This document shows, piece by piece, positions 10,145 through 20,480 of a stretch of DNA of 64,000 nucleotides. Origin of the DNA: an uncultured Nitrospiraceae bacterium. Lineage in GTDB: Bacteria; Nitrospirota; Nitrospiria; Nitrospirales; Nitrospiraceae. A program made the position numbers and the translations under genes. Below the pieces are notes generated by a model. It saw only the letters and a list, made by a program, of their open reading frames with translations, searched no databases and was not told the DNA's origin. The stretch is taken from contig CAVPLT010000007.1 of the NCBI GenBank assembly GCA_963706325.1, forward strand, positions 192,001 to 256,000, given 5' to 3'. How positions within the stretch are numbered: the first letter of the stretch is position 1; every line of letters starts with the position of its first letter.

Positions 10145-11239
10145 TCACTGCGAGAGGGGCGGCAAGAGGTACAACGTCATGGCGAAGATGAGATAAATCA
10201 TCAGCACTAACACCCCAATGAACCATGCCGAACGTCCGCTGTTGGTCACTAGCGCCACGGTCATCGTCGCGACCAGGACCATCAACACGGCGCCCGGCCA
10301 AAATTGCAGGTCCATTGGCGCGGGGCCGATCACGTAACTGAGCAAGACCAGCAGCGGGGCAACGAAGAGCGCGAGTTGTGACGCGCTCCCCAGGGCGATA
10401 CCCACGCTTAGGTCCAGCCGGTTCTTGCGCGCGCCGGAAAACGCCGCGCCCATCTCTGCCGCACTGCCCACCAGCGCCACGATGACGAAACCGACGAACG
10501 CCGGGGTCATCCCAAACGCTTCCGCCGCCTTCTGCACCGATTCGACAAAAATCTCGCTCACGAGCGCGACCAGCACGGTCACGCCGGCCAATGTGGCCAG
10601 TGCCAGACCGATCGTTAAGGGGGCTTCATTAGCCTCGCCGGATTCCGCACCGGAAAAGAATTCGCGATGTGTCTTGAGCGAAAAGACCATGCCCAGTCCG
10701 TACGCGACCAGCAGCAACACTGCCAGCCCCAGGCTCAGTTTTTGAGTGAAGGCCGCGCTTGCCACGGTACTGCTCTGAGCAACTGCCGAAGGAATCACCA
10801 GCGAGACCGTAGCCAGGAAAAGGAGGCCCGCTTGAAGGCGTGCATTACCCCGGTTGAATTCTTGGACATGATGTTTGAGTCCACCCAGCAGAAACGACGC
10901 CCCCAGCACGAACAGTGCGTCGGTGACGATGGCGCCGACAATGGAGGCCTTCACCAGCATAGATTGACCGGCGCGCAAGGCGGAGATCGCGATGACCAGT
11001 TCCGTCAAGTTTCCCAGCGTTGCGTTGAGCAGTCCGCCGATCGTATCACCCGTCTTGGCTGCTACGGATTCGGTGGCATGACTCAGTAACGCAGCCAGGG
11101 GCACGATGGACAGTAGGGACAGCACGAAGAGCAGCGTGTGCGCGTGAGATTGGAGCTGCGAGGCGGCAAACACCATGGGCACGAACGCCAGGAGCCAGAG
11201 CAGCGGATTGTGAAGGATTTCTTTGAGCAGGGGATTCAT
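10145..11239 (-). CDS. cax: Calcium/proton exchanger (CaCA family)
   Basis: Alpha-repeats GGLLNATLGNLTELVI and ALVGSAAE...SVGIALGSASQLALFVAP; about 11 TM segments. Confidence 0.92.
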   Translation of the reverse strand: MNPLLKEILHNPLLWLLAFVPMVFAASQLQSHAHTLLFVLSLLSIVPLAALLSHATESVAAKTGDTIGGLLNATLGNLTELVIAISALRAGQSMLVKASIVGAIVTDALFVLGASFLLGGLKHHVQEFNRGNARLQAGLLFLATVSLVIPSAVAQSSTVASAAFTQKLSLGLAVLLLVAYGLGMVFSLKTHREFFSGAESGEANEAPLTIGLALATLAGVTVLVALVSEIFVESVQKAAEAFGMTPAFVGFVIVALVGSAAEMGAAFSGARKNRLDLSVGIALGSASQLALFVAPLLVLLSYVIGPAPMDLQFWPGAVLMVLVATMTVALVTNSGRSAWFIGVLVLMIYLIFAMTLYLLPPLSQ

Positions 11240-11335
11240 AGGAGTTGATTCACGTGCCTTGGGCATACTCTTGGCTGAATTGGGAAGGGGAATGTGCAAC
11301 TTCACTCGTGTGTGAATTCAGCATGTGTCACCCGT

Positions 11336-11368
11336 ACAGGCCCCCAGCGCCATTGCCGGGGGCCTGTA
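11336..11368 (-). terminator. GC-rich hairpin downstream of the SYLF gene
   Basis: ACAGGCCCCC...GGGGGCCTGT inverted repeat about 10 bp after the stop at 11379; U-tract weak. Confidence 0.5.
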
Positions 11369-11378
11369 GTCGGCGGTT

Positions 11379-12098
11379 CTACTTCATTAACTTGTCTGCC
11401 GCATTCCTCAGTTCTGTGGATTTCGGATTGCTAACGCTCTGCTTGGCGATAATATCTGTCGGTCTCACGGCTTTGCCGTAGTAGGCACGATTGGACTCAT
11501 CCGATACGGCAATCATGGAACCGTCCGCTGAAATTCCGGCAAAGGCTCCCTTTTTTTTGGCATAGGCGACGAGGTCCCCTGCAATTCCTTTTGCGGACGT
11601 GCCTTCCCCGGTCGGTCCCACCGCTACGCTGACATCACCACCGAGTTTGAAATCACTGCGATAGAACTCTTCCAAGCCTTTCTGATTCCTGACCGCAAAG
11701 ACCATCTCCGATATGTCGCCTCCGATTTGCAGGCCGAAGCTGGCGGAGCCGATGGTATAGAACACGGGTTCGGACCATTTCTTGGTCCTTTCGTCGCGGA
11801 CAATCAGTACGCCGCTGCCGCCGGCGCCGCCGAACACGAGCGCGCCCCGTAGAAATTGCGGCACGATGAAAAGGCCTTTCGCCTCACTCTTCAACTCCCG
11901 GATGGGATTCCCGACGTTTGGATCAGCCGCGAAGGCGTCCAGCGTCATCTTGGCTTTTTCCAGAAGCTGCTGCTGTTCTATCCCCTCGGCTGCCCTGATC
12001 GGCGTGAGACCGACCAGCGTCATCGTCCCGGACAATCCCGCGACCATGAACGCCAGTCGCGGGGTGATAAAAAAAGAGCTCGACAGTATAGAAGTCAT
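11379..12098 (-). CDS. Lipid-binding SYLF (Ysc84) domain protein
   Basis: FGGAGGSGVL, WSEPVF, SFGLQIG, KGAFAGIS...N.AYYG. Confidence 0.92.
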   Translation of the reverse strand: MTSILSSSFFITPRLAFMVAGLSGTMTLVGLTPIRAAEGIEQQQLLEKAKMTLDAFAADPNVGNPIRELKSEAKGLFIVPQFLRGALVFGGAGGSGVLIVRDERTKKWSEPVFYTIGSASFGLQIGGDISEMVFAVRNQKGLEEFYRSDFKLGGDVSVAVGPTGEGTSAKGIAGDLVAYAKKKGAFAGISADGSMIAVSDESNRAYYGKAVRPTDIIAKQSVSNPKSTELRNAADKLMK

Positions 12099-12303
12099 GG
12101 ATTCTTCTCATGATTGACTCGGGTTTTCTTGCGTAGACACAGTCGTCATCACCAATGACGCTCGCGTTAAGACTGAAGGGACCTTAATTGGTCATGCACA
12201 CTCCTTTCAGGCGCTGACTGCTCGAGTCTGATTTGTGCGGCGATGCTGCAGCCAGCACAGCGTCTATCTCCCTGTGCTCAAGCGGACAGGCGTAGATTCT
12301 CGG

Positions 12304-12780
12304 CTAGCTGACGGTATAGCCCCGGCCGGTCATGCAGGCCGAGAAGGCTCTCTTATACCCGGCCAGGCTGCCTTCATAGTTCGCCTTAGCTTGCTGCTGA
12401 GCGGCATCCGCTTGTCTGGCCTGACCTCTTCGACGCATGGCGCCCGCCCCTCCGCCGACAGCGGCCCCGATCGCGGCGCCCTTCCCGGCATTGCCGCCGA
12501 TCGCTCCGCCGATCGCGCCGAGCGCGGCGCCTCTGGCCGCCCCACTGACGACCTGGCCCTGCTGCTGAGGCGGAGCGACCTGTTGTACGCTTTGAGTCGG
12601 ATCGAATCCCGTTTGTTCCTTGCCCCACTTGTAACAGGAAAACTCATCTTGCTCCTGCTGTTCCTTCGTCTGACCCTTGGTCGGATACACGAAGACGTCT
12701 AGTCCTGCCAGGGCGTCGTCCACCAAAAACACGAACCCAGTGACGGTGAGTATGGCCAGAAGTGTATATCGCAATCGCAT
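12304..12780 (-). CDS. Glycine-zipper family secreted protein
   Basis: Signal peptide; YPTKGQT.EQQ..D...C; GAALGAIGGAIGGNAGKGAAIG; C-terminal ACMTGRGYTVS. Confidence 0.88.
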   Translation of the reverse strand: MRLRYTLLAILTVTGFVFLVDDALAGLDVFVYPTKGQTKEQQEQDEFSCYKWGKEQTGFDPTQSVQQVAPPQQQGQVVSGAARGAALGAIGGAIGGNAGKGAAIGAAVGGGAGAMRRRGQARQADAAQQQAKANYEGSLAGYKRAFSACMTGRGYTVS

Positions 12781-12823
12781 TACGTCCTCCTTACAGTGGT
12801 TCCATCCTTAGTGGATGCGCACT

Positions 12824-13405
12824 TTATTTTTCCGATGCTCCGGGAACCGGCTCCGGCGAATGGGCCGGTTCCGGAGAAGGAGCAGGCTGGCCGGCTGCCT
12901 CGGCACCCCCCGTTATCAGCGGGACATTTCCCAGGATGGCCAACCGGAGTACCATCCCGACGAGGTCATCCAGTTGAACAAACCGAGCAGCGACGACCGG
13001 GTTCAGTTTCTTGCTCAAGATCTTGAAATATTTCTGGCGCAAGGCGAGATCCGCCTGCTGATTTTCTCCGGACGCCTTGACCAGTTTGGTGGCTTCCTCA
13101 TTCGTCAGCCTCGCGTTCCTGCTGACGAATGTCCCCAGCAATCGTAGTCGTTTGGCATCCAACTGCTCCCGGTCTTTTGCGTAATCATCAAAGACATTCC
13201 AAAAAGCATCCAATTGGTTGGACGCCAACGGCATGCCGCGTTCGAATACGTCTTTCCGTTCATGGGACATGATAAATTGGATTTGATCCAGATCTAATGA
13301 CGGAGTCACGCGCACGACGGTAATATCGGTATCTGCTGTATGCCCGGTGGAAGGGAATAGCACCAGACACATCACGATCGCAGTAAACAAAGGTATTGGT
13401 CTCAT
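12824..13405 (-). CDS. Secreted hypothetical helical protein
   Basis: Signal peptide after an AAAGGAG RBS; FWNVFDDY...AARFVQLD. Same family as 31019-31564. Confidence 0.75.
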   Translation of the reverse strand: MRPIPLFTAIVMCLVLFPSTGHTADTDITVVRVTPSLDLDQIQFIMSHERKDVFERGMPLASNQLDAFWNVFDDYAKDREQLDAKRLRLLGTFVSRNARLTNEEATKLVKASGENQQADLALRQKYFKILSKKLNPVVAARFVQLDDLVGMVLRLAILGNVPLITGGAEAAGQPAPSPEPAHSPEPVPGASEK

Positions 13406-13687
13406 GAAAGCTCCTTTCACAACGTCTGATGGCGGCGGTAACGATCGGCTACTGCGCCGTCTGAGGGGAACTCTCGAATCGTCACCCCTCCCAAGGCAAG
13501 GCCCATCACCACAAAAGTCAGAACCGGCTTTTCCTTTCAAAAATACTGTGTCGAACTGTGGGCAGTGCAGGACACTTTCCTGTAGAGATAGTAGTCCACG
13601 GAGATGACCATTCCGTTCTGCTGAGCGGCATTACGGGGTTATTGAACCGGGACGCATGATAGAGGTCACGCTGTACCGCCTGAGAGA

Positions 13688-15172
13688 CTACGATCCGCTT
13701 CTCGCTGTTTGACCAACCGGTGGAATAGGCGCGTTGCCGGCAGGCTTCGCGGGAAGCCACCCCCCGCCCAGCGCTTTGTAGAGTTGAACCATGGAGACCA
13801 GTTGCCCGCGTCGGGTCTTGGCGAGGGACAATTCCGCATCGAACAGGTTGCGTTGCGCGGTCAGGACATCGAGGTAATTGGCCCTCCCTCCCTGATAACG
13901 CTGGGTCGCGAAGTTTGATGCAGATTGTAACGCTTTGACTTGCTGCTCCTGAGCGTCCCGTCTTTCCCTCGTCTTTTGCACCGCAATCAGCCCGTCCTCC
14001 ACTTCCTTGAACGCGACCAGAATCGCTTTTTCATACTGTGCTAAGGCTTGCCGGGCTTGCGCTTCGGACGCCTGCACTTGATAGCCCAGGGCGGTCGCGT
14101 TGAGAAGCGGGCCGGTTAAGGTCGCGGATGCCCCTATCGTCGCAAAAGGCCCCGCTGCCAAGGAGTTGAACTGGAACCCGGCTCCGCCGGCCGCGCCGGT
14201 GAGGGAGAGCTGCGGAAAGCGTTGGGCCTGGGCGACTCCGATCGTGGCCGTCGCTGCAGCGAATTGCTGTTCGGCCTGGAGAATATCGGGGCGGCGTTGG
14301 AGTAACGCCGAAGGAAGACCGGGCGGTACATCCGGTGGCATGGGTTGCTCGATGAGAGCAAGACCGCGGGTAATCGCGCTCGGTCTGCGTCCCAGCAATA
14401 GACTGAGTTGGTTCTCTTTCTGAGTGACCTGTTGCTCCAGTTCGGCGAGTTGCGCGGCGGTTCCGGCCCGTTCTGCCTCGAAGCGATCCAGATCGAGTTT
14501 CGGTATATCCCCGTGATCGAAGCGCAGCCGAGAAATCCTGACGCTCTCTTCCCACGATTTCAGGGTCCGCTTGGCGATGTCGACCTGCAGATCGAGCGCG
14601 CGAAGATCGAAATAAGCTTCGGCGACGTTTCCAACCAATCCAATGATCACTGCCCGCTGGTTCTCTTCTTGGGACAACAGTTGGGCTCGCGACGCCTCGA
14701 TGGAGCGACGGATACGGCCCCAGAGATCAAGCTCCCATTTCAGGCCGACGACACCATATTCCCTTGAAAAGTCTGTCCCTCCTGACGATCCCACGGCGGG
14801 GCTTGGGATGATCGCGCCTGATCCAAAGGCCAACGCTTGATTATTCGTATTGTGATATGTCGAGGCCTCGGCCGTATAGCCGAGCGAGGGCGCCAGGTCG
14901 AATTTGGAGATCAGGAGCTGGGCGCGAAACTGTTCGACACTGGCCACGGCCACTCGCAGGTCTTGGTTTTCTTCGAGCGCGATGCGGATCAATCCCTGAA
15001 GTTCTTGGTCTTTAAGGAGGTCCCACCAGGGCAGATTGGCGAGGGATTCCGCGGTTGCTGGTGTCAGGCGCCAGGCGTCCCCGGCCGGCGTCTCCGGTTT
15101 CTTGTAGTCCGGGCCCATCATGCAGGAGCTGAGCGACAGGACGGACACCGTGGCGAGCATCCAGCGATACAT
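13688..15172 (-). CDS. RND efflux outer-membrane lipoprotein (NodT/OprM family)
   Basis: Lipobox LSSC, WWDLLKD, WELDLWGR, LLQRRPDI, LYKALGGGW. Confidence 0.95.
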   Translation of the reverse strand: MYRWMLATVSVLSLSSCMMGPDYKKPETPAGDAWRLTPATAESLANLPWWDLLKDQELQGLIRIALEENQDLRVAVASVEQFRAQLLISKFDLAPSLGYTAEASTYHNTNNQALAFGSGAIIPSPAVGSSGGTDFSREYGVVGLKWELDLWGRIRRSIEASRAQLLSQEENQRAVIIGLVGNVAEAYFDLRALDLQVDIAKRTLKSWEESVRISRLRFDHGDIPKLDLDRFEAERAGTAAQLAELEQQVTQKENQLSLLLGRRPSAITRGLALIEQPMPPDVPPGLPSALLQRRPDILQAEQQFAAATATIGVAQAQRFPQLSLTGAAGGAGFQFNSLAAGPFATIGASATLTGPLLNATALGYQVQASEAQARQALAQYEKAILVAFKEVEDGLIAVQKTRERRDAQEQQVKALQSASNFATQRYQGGRANYLDVLTAQRNLFDAELSLAKTRRGQLVSMVQLYKALGGGWLPAKPAGNAPIPPVGQTARSGS

Positions 15173-15173
15173 G

Positions 15174-18100
15174 TCAGTGAGCTCCTTGTGTCCGCGCATG
15201 CGCGGGAATCTCGGTCGGATCAGAAGCCGGGAGATGCGCCTCTTCATTTCCTGAAGGGATGGGCGCCTTGGGCCTTGGACGATCATGACGATGCACCAGG
15301 GTTTCCACAAAGGTGTAGGCAACCGGAATCAAGAAGATCGCAATAACACTCGCCGCCAGCATCCCACCTAGGACGGCAATGCCGAGCAGGATCCTTCCTT
15401 GCGCGCCTGCTCCGGAAGACAGGACCAGCGGAACAACCCCGAGGATAAATGCGAATGACGTCATCAGAATGGGCCGCAGCCGCAAGCGGGCGGCAATGAG
15501 AGCTGCCTCCGCGACGCCCTTGCCCTTTTCGTATTCCACCTTCGCGAACTCCACGATGAGGATCGCATTCTTGGCCGAAAGTCCGATCAGCATGACGAGA
15601 CCGATTTGGGTAAAGACGTTATTCTCCAGACCAAGGACCCAGAGTGCGCCGAATGCGCCGAACACCGCAATCGGTGTGCAGAGTAAGACGCTGAACGGCA
15701 ATGCCCAACTCTCATACTGCGCTGCGAGGATGAGAAAGACGAACAGCAGCGAGAAGCCGAAGATCACACTCGCCGGTACCCCTTCCGCCGCAGCCTTCTC
15801 CTGAAAAGACATTCCGGAATAGTCATAGCCCATTTCGCGCGGCATCGTCTCGGCGAAGACTTCTTCGAGCGCCGCCATGGCCTGCCCGGAACTGTAGCCG
15901 GGCTTCGCGGAGACAAACAACTGGGCGGAGCGGTAGGCATTAAAGCGCATCGTGAATTCCGGGCCCGACATGGGCTCCATCGACACCAGCGCCGAGAGAG
16001 GTACCATATCGTTGGACGCGTTGCGGACATAAAACTGACCCACGTTGTCCGCACGGGTGCGAAAATCGCCGTCGGCCTGCACGTAGACCTGCCATACCCG
16101 CCCAAAGCGGTTGAAGTAGTTCACCATGACTCCGCCCATGAACGTCTGCAGCGTCTGATACACGTCTCCGAGGTTCACTCCCTGTTTCAGTACCTTATCC
16201 CGGTCCACCTTTGCGGAAACCTGGGGAACGCTGGGGATGAAGGTCGTGTTGACGGCTGCGATTTCTGGACGTTGACGGGCGGCCTCGATGAACTTCTGGG
16301 TATGCTCAGCCAGAAAGGCGACGTTCTTGCCGGCGCGGTCTTCGAGAACGAACGACACGCCCCCCGAGGTGCCGACGCCGGGAATCGCCGGCGGAGGGAA
16401 AAGGAACGCTTGAGCTTCAGGTAACTCAGCCAATTGCTGGTTGACGTTCTTGAAGATCGCCATGATTTTCTCATCAGGGTGCTTCCGTTCGTCCCATGGA
16501 GCCAGCGTCACGAAGAAAAACGTGTTGTAGGTGGTATTCACGGTGCTCAGGAGACTGAATCCGATGATGGCGGACGCATATTGGACACCGGGTGTGCGGC
16601 TCAGGATCTCTTCAATTCTTTTGGTGACCTCATCGGTCCTCTGGAGGGACGAGGCGGCCGGCAGTTGGACGTTCAAATATAGGTACCCTTGGTCCTCCAT
16701 CGGCAAGAACCCGTTCGGGAGCCGGCTGCCGAAGAATCCAGCGGCCACTGCAAACAAAACCAGGAGCATCATCGAACGCCCGCCTTTGCGAATCAAGTAT
16801 CCGCAGATTCCGACATATCCGTCGGTCGCCCGATCGAACCATCGGTTGAACCAGCCGAAGAAGAGACCCAGGGGACCTCTGGCTGGTTTCTTCGGGCGCA
16901 ACAGGAGGCTCGAGAGGGCGGGGCTGAGCGTGAGCGCGTTGAACGCTGAGATCACCACGGAGAGCGCAATCGTGATGGCGAACTGCTGGTACAGCCGTCC
17001 GGTAATCCCAGGGATGAAGGCGGTCGGTACAAAGACCGCGGCCAGGATAAGCGCGATTGCGATCACCGGTCCTGAGACCTCTTCCATCGCTTTGAAGGTG
17101 GCATCCTTCGGTGTCATGCCATGCTCAATGTGGTGTTCGACCGCCTCAACCACCACAATCGCGTCGTCCACGACCAACCCGATGGCTAACACCAGGCCTA
17201 ACAACGAGAGGGTATTGATCGAGAAGCCGAGCATGGGGAAGAGCATGAAGGTGCCGACAAGAGAGACCGGCACGGCCAGCAGGGGAATCAAGGTGGCACG
17301 CCAGCCCTGCAGGAAGATGAAGACGACCAGAATCACGAGCACCAACGCTTCCCCTAGGGTATGGACTATCTCATTGATCCCTTCCCTGACCGACAGTGTC
17401 GTGTCAAGCGAAACCACGTAGTCCAGGTCCGCCGGGAACCGAGCCTTCATCTCCTCCATCAGTTTCTTGGCCTGGTCCATGGTGTTGATTGCGTTCGATC
17501 CCGGAAGCTGGTACACCGCCACGATGGCCGCAGGTTTACCATTGAGCCGGCCCTTGTTCCCATAGCTTTGGGAACCCAACTCGATCCGGGCCACATCCTT
17601 GAGCCGCACGATCGACCCATCGCTATTGGCTCGGACCACGATCTGTTCAAATTCTTCCGGGCTGACCAGCCGGCCCTGCGCTCTGACGGTATAGGTAAAT
17701 TCCTGCCCCGTGGGAACGGGTTCCGCGCCGATTTGCCCTGCCGGGTTCACGGTATTCTGTTTCTTGATCGCCTCGAGAATCTCGGGGATCGTAATTTCGA
17801 GTTTGGCCAACCTGTCCGGGCGCACCCAGAACCGCATGGCGTATTGACCGGCGCCGAAGATCGTCACCTGTCCGATACCCGGCACACGGCTCATGGGATC
17901 ATTGATATTGATGTAGGCGTAATTGGTCAACCACAGGTCGTTGTAGGTCCCATTTGGCGAGGTGAGTGAAAAGAGAGCTAGAGGGCTGGTCGTCGATTTT
18001 TTGATATTGACGCCGTAGTTCCTGACTTCCTGCGGCAGTTGCGACTCGGCCTGCAGGTAGCGCATCTGCGTCAGAATTTGATCGTCATTCGGCTTGGTGG

Positions 18101-18389
18101 TGATGTCGAAGTTGACGCGCAACGTCATCGCTCCGTTGTTCGCATTCACGGAGTACATGTAGAGCATGTTATCCACCCCGCTCACCTGCTGCTCGATGGG
18201 GGTGGCAACGGACTGTTCGAGGGTCACCGCATCCGCGCCGACATAAGTGGCTGTCAGCATGATTTCAGGCGGAGCGATGTTAGGAAACTGCGCGATCGGG
18301 AGTTGAATCATCGCGACGACACCGAGAATCGTCATGATGATCGAGATGACCATCGCAACGATTGGGCGGTTGATGAAGAATTTTGCCAT
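15174..18389 (-). CDS. RND efflux permease (HAE1/AcrB family)
   Basis: 1071 aa; MAKFFINRPI, GLVVDDAIVVVE, AKNAILIVEFA, RLRPILMTSFAF. Confidence 0.97.
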   Translation of the reverse strand: MAKFFINRPIVAMVISIIMTILGVVAMIQLPIAQFPNIAPPEIMLTATYVGADAVTLEQSVATPIEQQVSGVDNMLYMYSVNANNGAMTLRVNFDITTKPNDDQILTQMRYLQAESQLPQEVRNYGVNIKKSTTSPLALFSLTSPNGTYNDLWLTNYAYININDPMSRVPGIGQVTIFGAGQYAMRFWVRPDRLAKLEITIPEILEAIKKQNTVNPAGQIGAEPVPTGQEFTYTVRAQGRLVSPEEFEQIVVRANSDGSIVRLKDVARIELGSQSYGNKGRLNGKPAAIVAVYQLPGSNAINTMDQAKKLMEEMKARFPADLDYVVSLDTTLSVREGINEIVHTLGEALVLVILVVFIFLQGWRATLIPLLAVPVSLVGTFMLFPMLGFSINTLSLLGLVLAIGLVVDDAIVVVEAVEHHIEHGMTPKDATFKAMEEVSGPVIAIALILAAVFVPTAFIPGITGRLYQQFAITIALSVVISAFNALTLSPALSSLLLRPKKPARGPLGLFFGWFNRWFDRATDGYVGICGYLIRKGGRSMMLLVLFAVAAGFFGSRLPNGFLPMEDQGYLYLNVQLPAASSLQRTDEVTKRIEEILSRTPGVQYASAIIGFSLLSTVNTTYNTFFFVTLAPWDERKHPDEKIMAIFKNVNQQLAELPEAQAFLFPPPAIPGVGTSGGVSFVLEDRAGKNVAFLAEHTQKFIEAARQRPEIAAVNTTFIPSVPQVSAKVDRDKVLKQGVNLGDVYQTLQTFMGGVMVNYFNRFGRVWQVYVQADGDFRTRADNVGQFYVRNASNDMVPLSALVSMEPMSGPEFTMRFNAYRSAQLFVSAKPGYSSGQAMAALEEVFAETMPREMGYDYSGMSFQEKAAAEGVPASVIFGFSLLFVFLILAAQYESWALPFSVLLCTPIAVFGAFGALWVLGLENNVFTQIGLVMLIGLSAKNAILIVEFAKVEYEKGKGVAEAALIAARLRLRPILMTSFAFILGVVPLVLSSGAGAQGRILLGIAVLGGMLAASVIAIFLIPVAYTFVETLVHRHDRPRPKAPIPSGNEEAHLPASDPTEIPAHARTQGAH

Positions 18390-18449
18390 GCTGCTTAGTG
18401 TGTTTCTCGGCGTATGGTGAATGGAGAGAGCGGCTTACCGGACAGGCGC

Positions 18450-19601
18450 CTAGCTCTTCTGATCTTCCGACGCCGGGGTGGAAGATTTCGGAGTCACGGT
18501 CATGCCTTCCTTGATTTTTTGCAGTCCTTCTGCTACCACTCGCTCGCCCGGTTTGAGCCCCTCGTCAACGACCCACAAGTTGCCCGTTCGCTCTCCCACC
18601 TTGATCGGACGGACCTCTACCTTGTTATCGGGAGTCACGACGGCAATCTGATGGCCGCCTTGCAACTCCGTGACGGCGCGTTGGGGAACCAGAATCGCTC
18701 TCTCTTTGATCTGTGCAATGGCCCGCACTCGCCCGAACTGTCCGGGGCGAAGCAGATTGTCAGGGTTGGGAAATCGCGCTCCAACGCGAATGGTTCCCGT
18801 TTTCACATCGACCTGCCGGTCCGCAAGGAAGAAACTGCCCTTGTGCGGATACACCGATCCGTCGCTAAGGAAGAGCTCAAGGGTAGGCGTTCGCTTTCCA
18901 TATTCGCCGCTTTCTTGATAGGCGTGCCGAACTTTTTCCGCCACCTTGAGGTATTCCTGCTCGCTGACATTGATGTAGACTCGGATCGGATTGAGCGTGG
19001 ACATCGACGCCATCTCATCTCCAGGGCCAACCAGATCTCCGATTTGCGCTTTGGCAATGCCCACGACGCCGTCGATCGGCGCGGTGATTTTTGAAAAGGT
19101 AAGGTTGAGTTCCGCCTGCTCGACCGCCGCCTTCGCGGATGCCATCGAAGCCTTCGCGCCGAAATTGGCCTGTATCGAGTCGTCCAGTTCCTTCTGACTG
19201 ATCGCCCCTCCTTTGGCAAGCGGTGTATCGCGCTTGACGTCCAGTTCCGTTTTTACAAACTGTGCCCGGGCTTTTTCCCATTCACTTTTTGCTTGATTCA
19301 GCGCCGCTCGAAACCTCCGGGGATCAATCTCGAACAGGACGTGGCCCTTTTTTACGAATGCGCCTTCTTCGTAATTCTGCTTTATCAGGTATCCGCTCAC
19401 CTGAGCCTTGATGACCGCGTTGACCATACCGTCAGTCGATCCGACCCACTCGGCATACACCGGTACATCCTTCACTGCCACATCGGCCACCACCACTTCC
19501 GGAATGAGATGCACGGGTGTGGAAGAGGCATCCTGTTTGCACCCGCTATCGGTCACCGCCATGAGGCACAGCAACAGAGCTGCCGGTAGTGTTCTTAACA
19601 T
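18450..19601 (-). CDS. RND efflux periplasmic adaptor subunit
   Basis: AQVSGYL, LFEIDP, ITAPIDG, LRPGQF, GLKPGERVVAEG. ATG at 19601 has an AGGGG RBS and a lipoprotein-like signal. Confidence 0.93.
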   Translation of the reverse strand: MLRTLPAALLLCLMAVTDSGCKQDASSTPVHLIPEVVVADVAVKDVPVYAEWVGSTDGMVNAVIKAQVSGYLIKQNYEEGAFVKKGHVLFEIDPRRFRAALNQAKSEWEKARAQFVKTELDVKRDTPLAKGGAISQKELDDSIQANFGAKASMASAKAAVEQAELNLTFSKITAPIDGVVGIAKAQIGDLVGPGDEMASMSTLNPIRVYINVSEQEYLKVAEKVRHAYQESGEYGKRTPTLELFLSDGSVYPHKGSFFLADRQVDVKTGTIRVGARFPNPDNLLRPGQFGRVRAIAQIKERAILVPQRAVTELQGGHQIAVVTPDNKVEVRPIKVGERTGNLWVVDEGLKPGERVVAEGLQKIKEGMTVTPKSSTPASEDQKS

Positions 19602-19779
19602 TCCCCTGCGGTAGGCTATCTGAGGAGTGGCAGTGTGACCACGCGGTAGCATGCTTCGTCTCCATGGACCATGGTATTCGAACGGCTTAATGCTGACGAT
19701 CATCGCTGGGCAAAAACCGTGAGTGCTGAGGCGCGCACGATGCGTCATCTTTATTACTAGGAGGGATGCGGAAGAGCAA

Positions 19780-19795
19780 CTGTCAAAAGATACAG
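19780..19795 (-). promoter_or_regulatory. lux-box-like palindrome (2 mismatches) upstream of the RND operon
   Basis: CTGTCAAAAGATACAG; minus-strand TAATAA at 19756-19751, 31.5 bp from the centre. Confidence 0.55.
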
Positions 19796-20085
19796 GTCTG
19801 CTTGATTACAATTGTTTATCGGCGGCAGTGCTATCAGATGGTTCGAAGGATGTCAACCGCGATATCACCCACTCTCGCCCAGCAGGTCCTTGCACGCGCC
19901 GCCGGGACAATTCTCTGTTCTGGGCGTCTTCAATCCTGGTTCGCTTGTCAGGATCAGGTTATGCTCGAAGTTGATCGAGGTTCCAACCAGCCTTGGCCAC
20001 ACCGGTGACCGGTACGTTGAGGTGGCCGCGGTTCACCCTCGCAAAAAGGCACCCTCACTCGTGAGTCGCTCAGTTAAGTCGCCGT

Positions 20086-20265
20086 CTAGGAGCCCGTCCG
20101 ACTAATCCTTCGTAGCGAGGCGAAGGAGTTGCCGGCGGATGCGAGGCCGCGGGCTCGGAAAAAACGGAAGCGCGTTCGCTGAATACGTTGATGATTTTTG
20201 CGGGCCGAGAACGACGCAGATGCCGGCAGTGCAGCAGAGTGGCATGACTCGGGGCAGGCTCCTAG
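20086..20265. mobile_element. MITE-like non-autonomous element (180 bp)
   Basis: Imperfect terminal inverted repeats CTAGGAGCCCGTCCGA...TCGGGGCAGGCTCCTAG, CTAG at both ends, no coding capacity. Confidence 0.65.
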
Positions 20266-20480
20266 TTCGACCGTGGCATAATGATTGACGTAAGACCTGT
20301 CGCCTGCAGCTTTGACAGGCTCGACTCAGGTGGAACGACCTGCAGATCGCTGTCCACAGTCCGGTCACAGCCCCCTGCTCCAGAGGGATTCGGCGACATC
20401 CCGGCACAGCCGACCTGGCAATGAGAGCTTTGCCGTCACTGGCCCTCGGTCGGCTGGTCGGTAGCCTAGGTTCCTTATTG

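Noticed and set aside
20303..20318. CCTGCAGCTTTGACAG as another palindrome box
   Set aside because: Three mismatches in the left half and no fitting downstream promoter.
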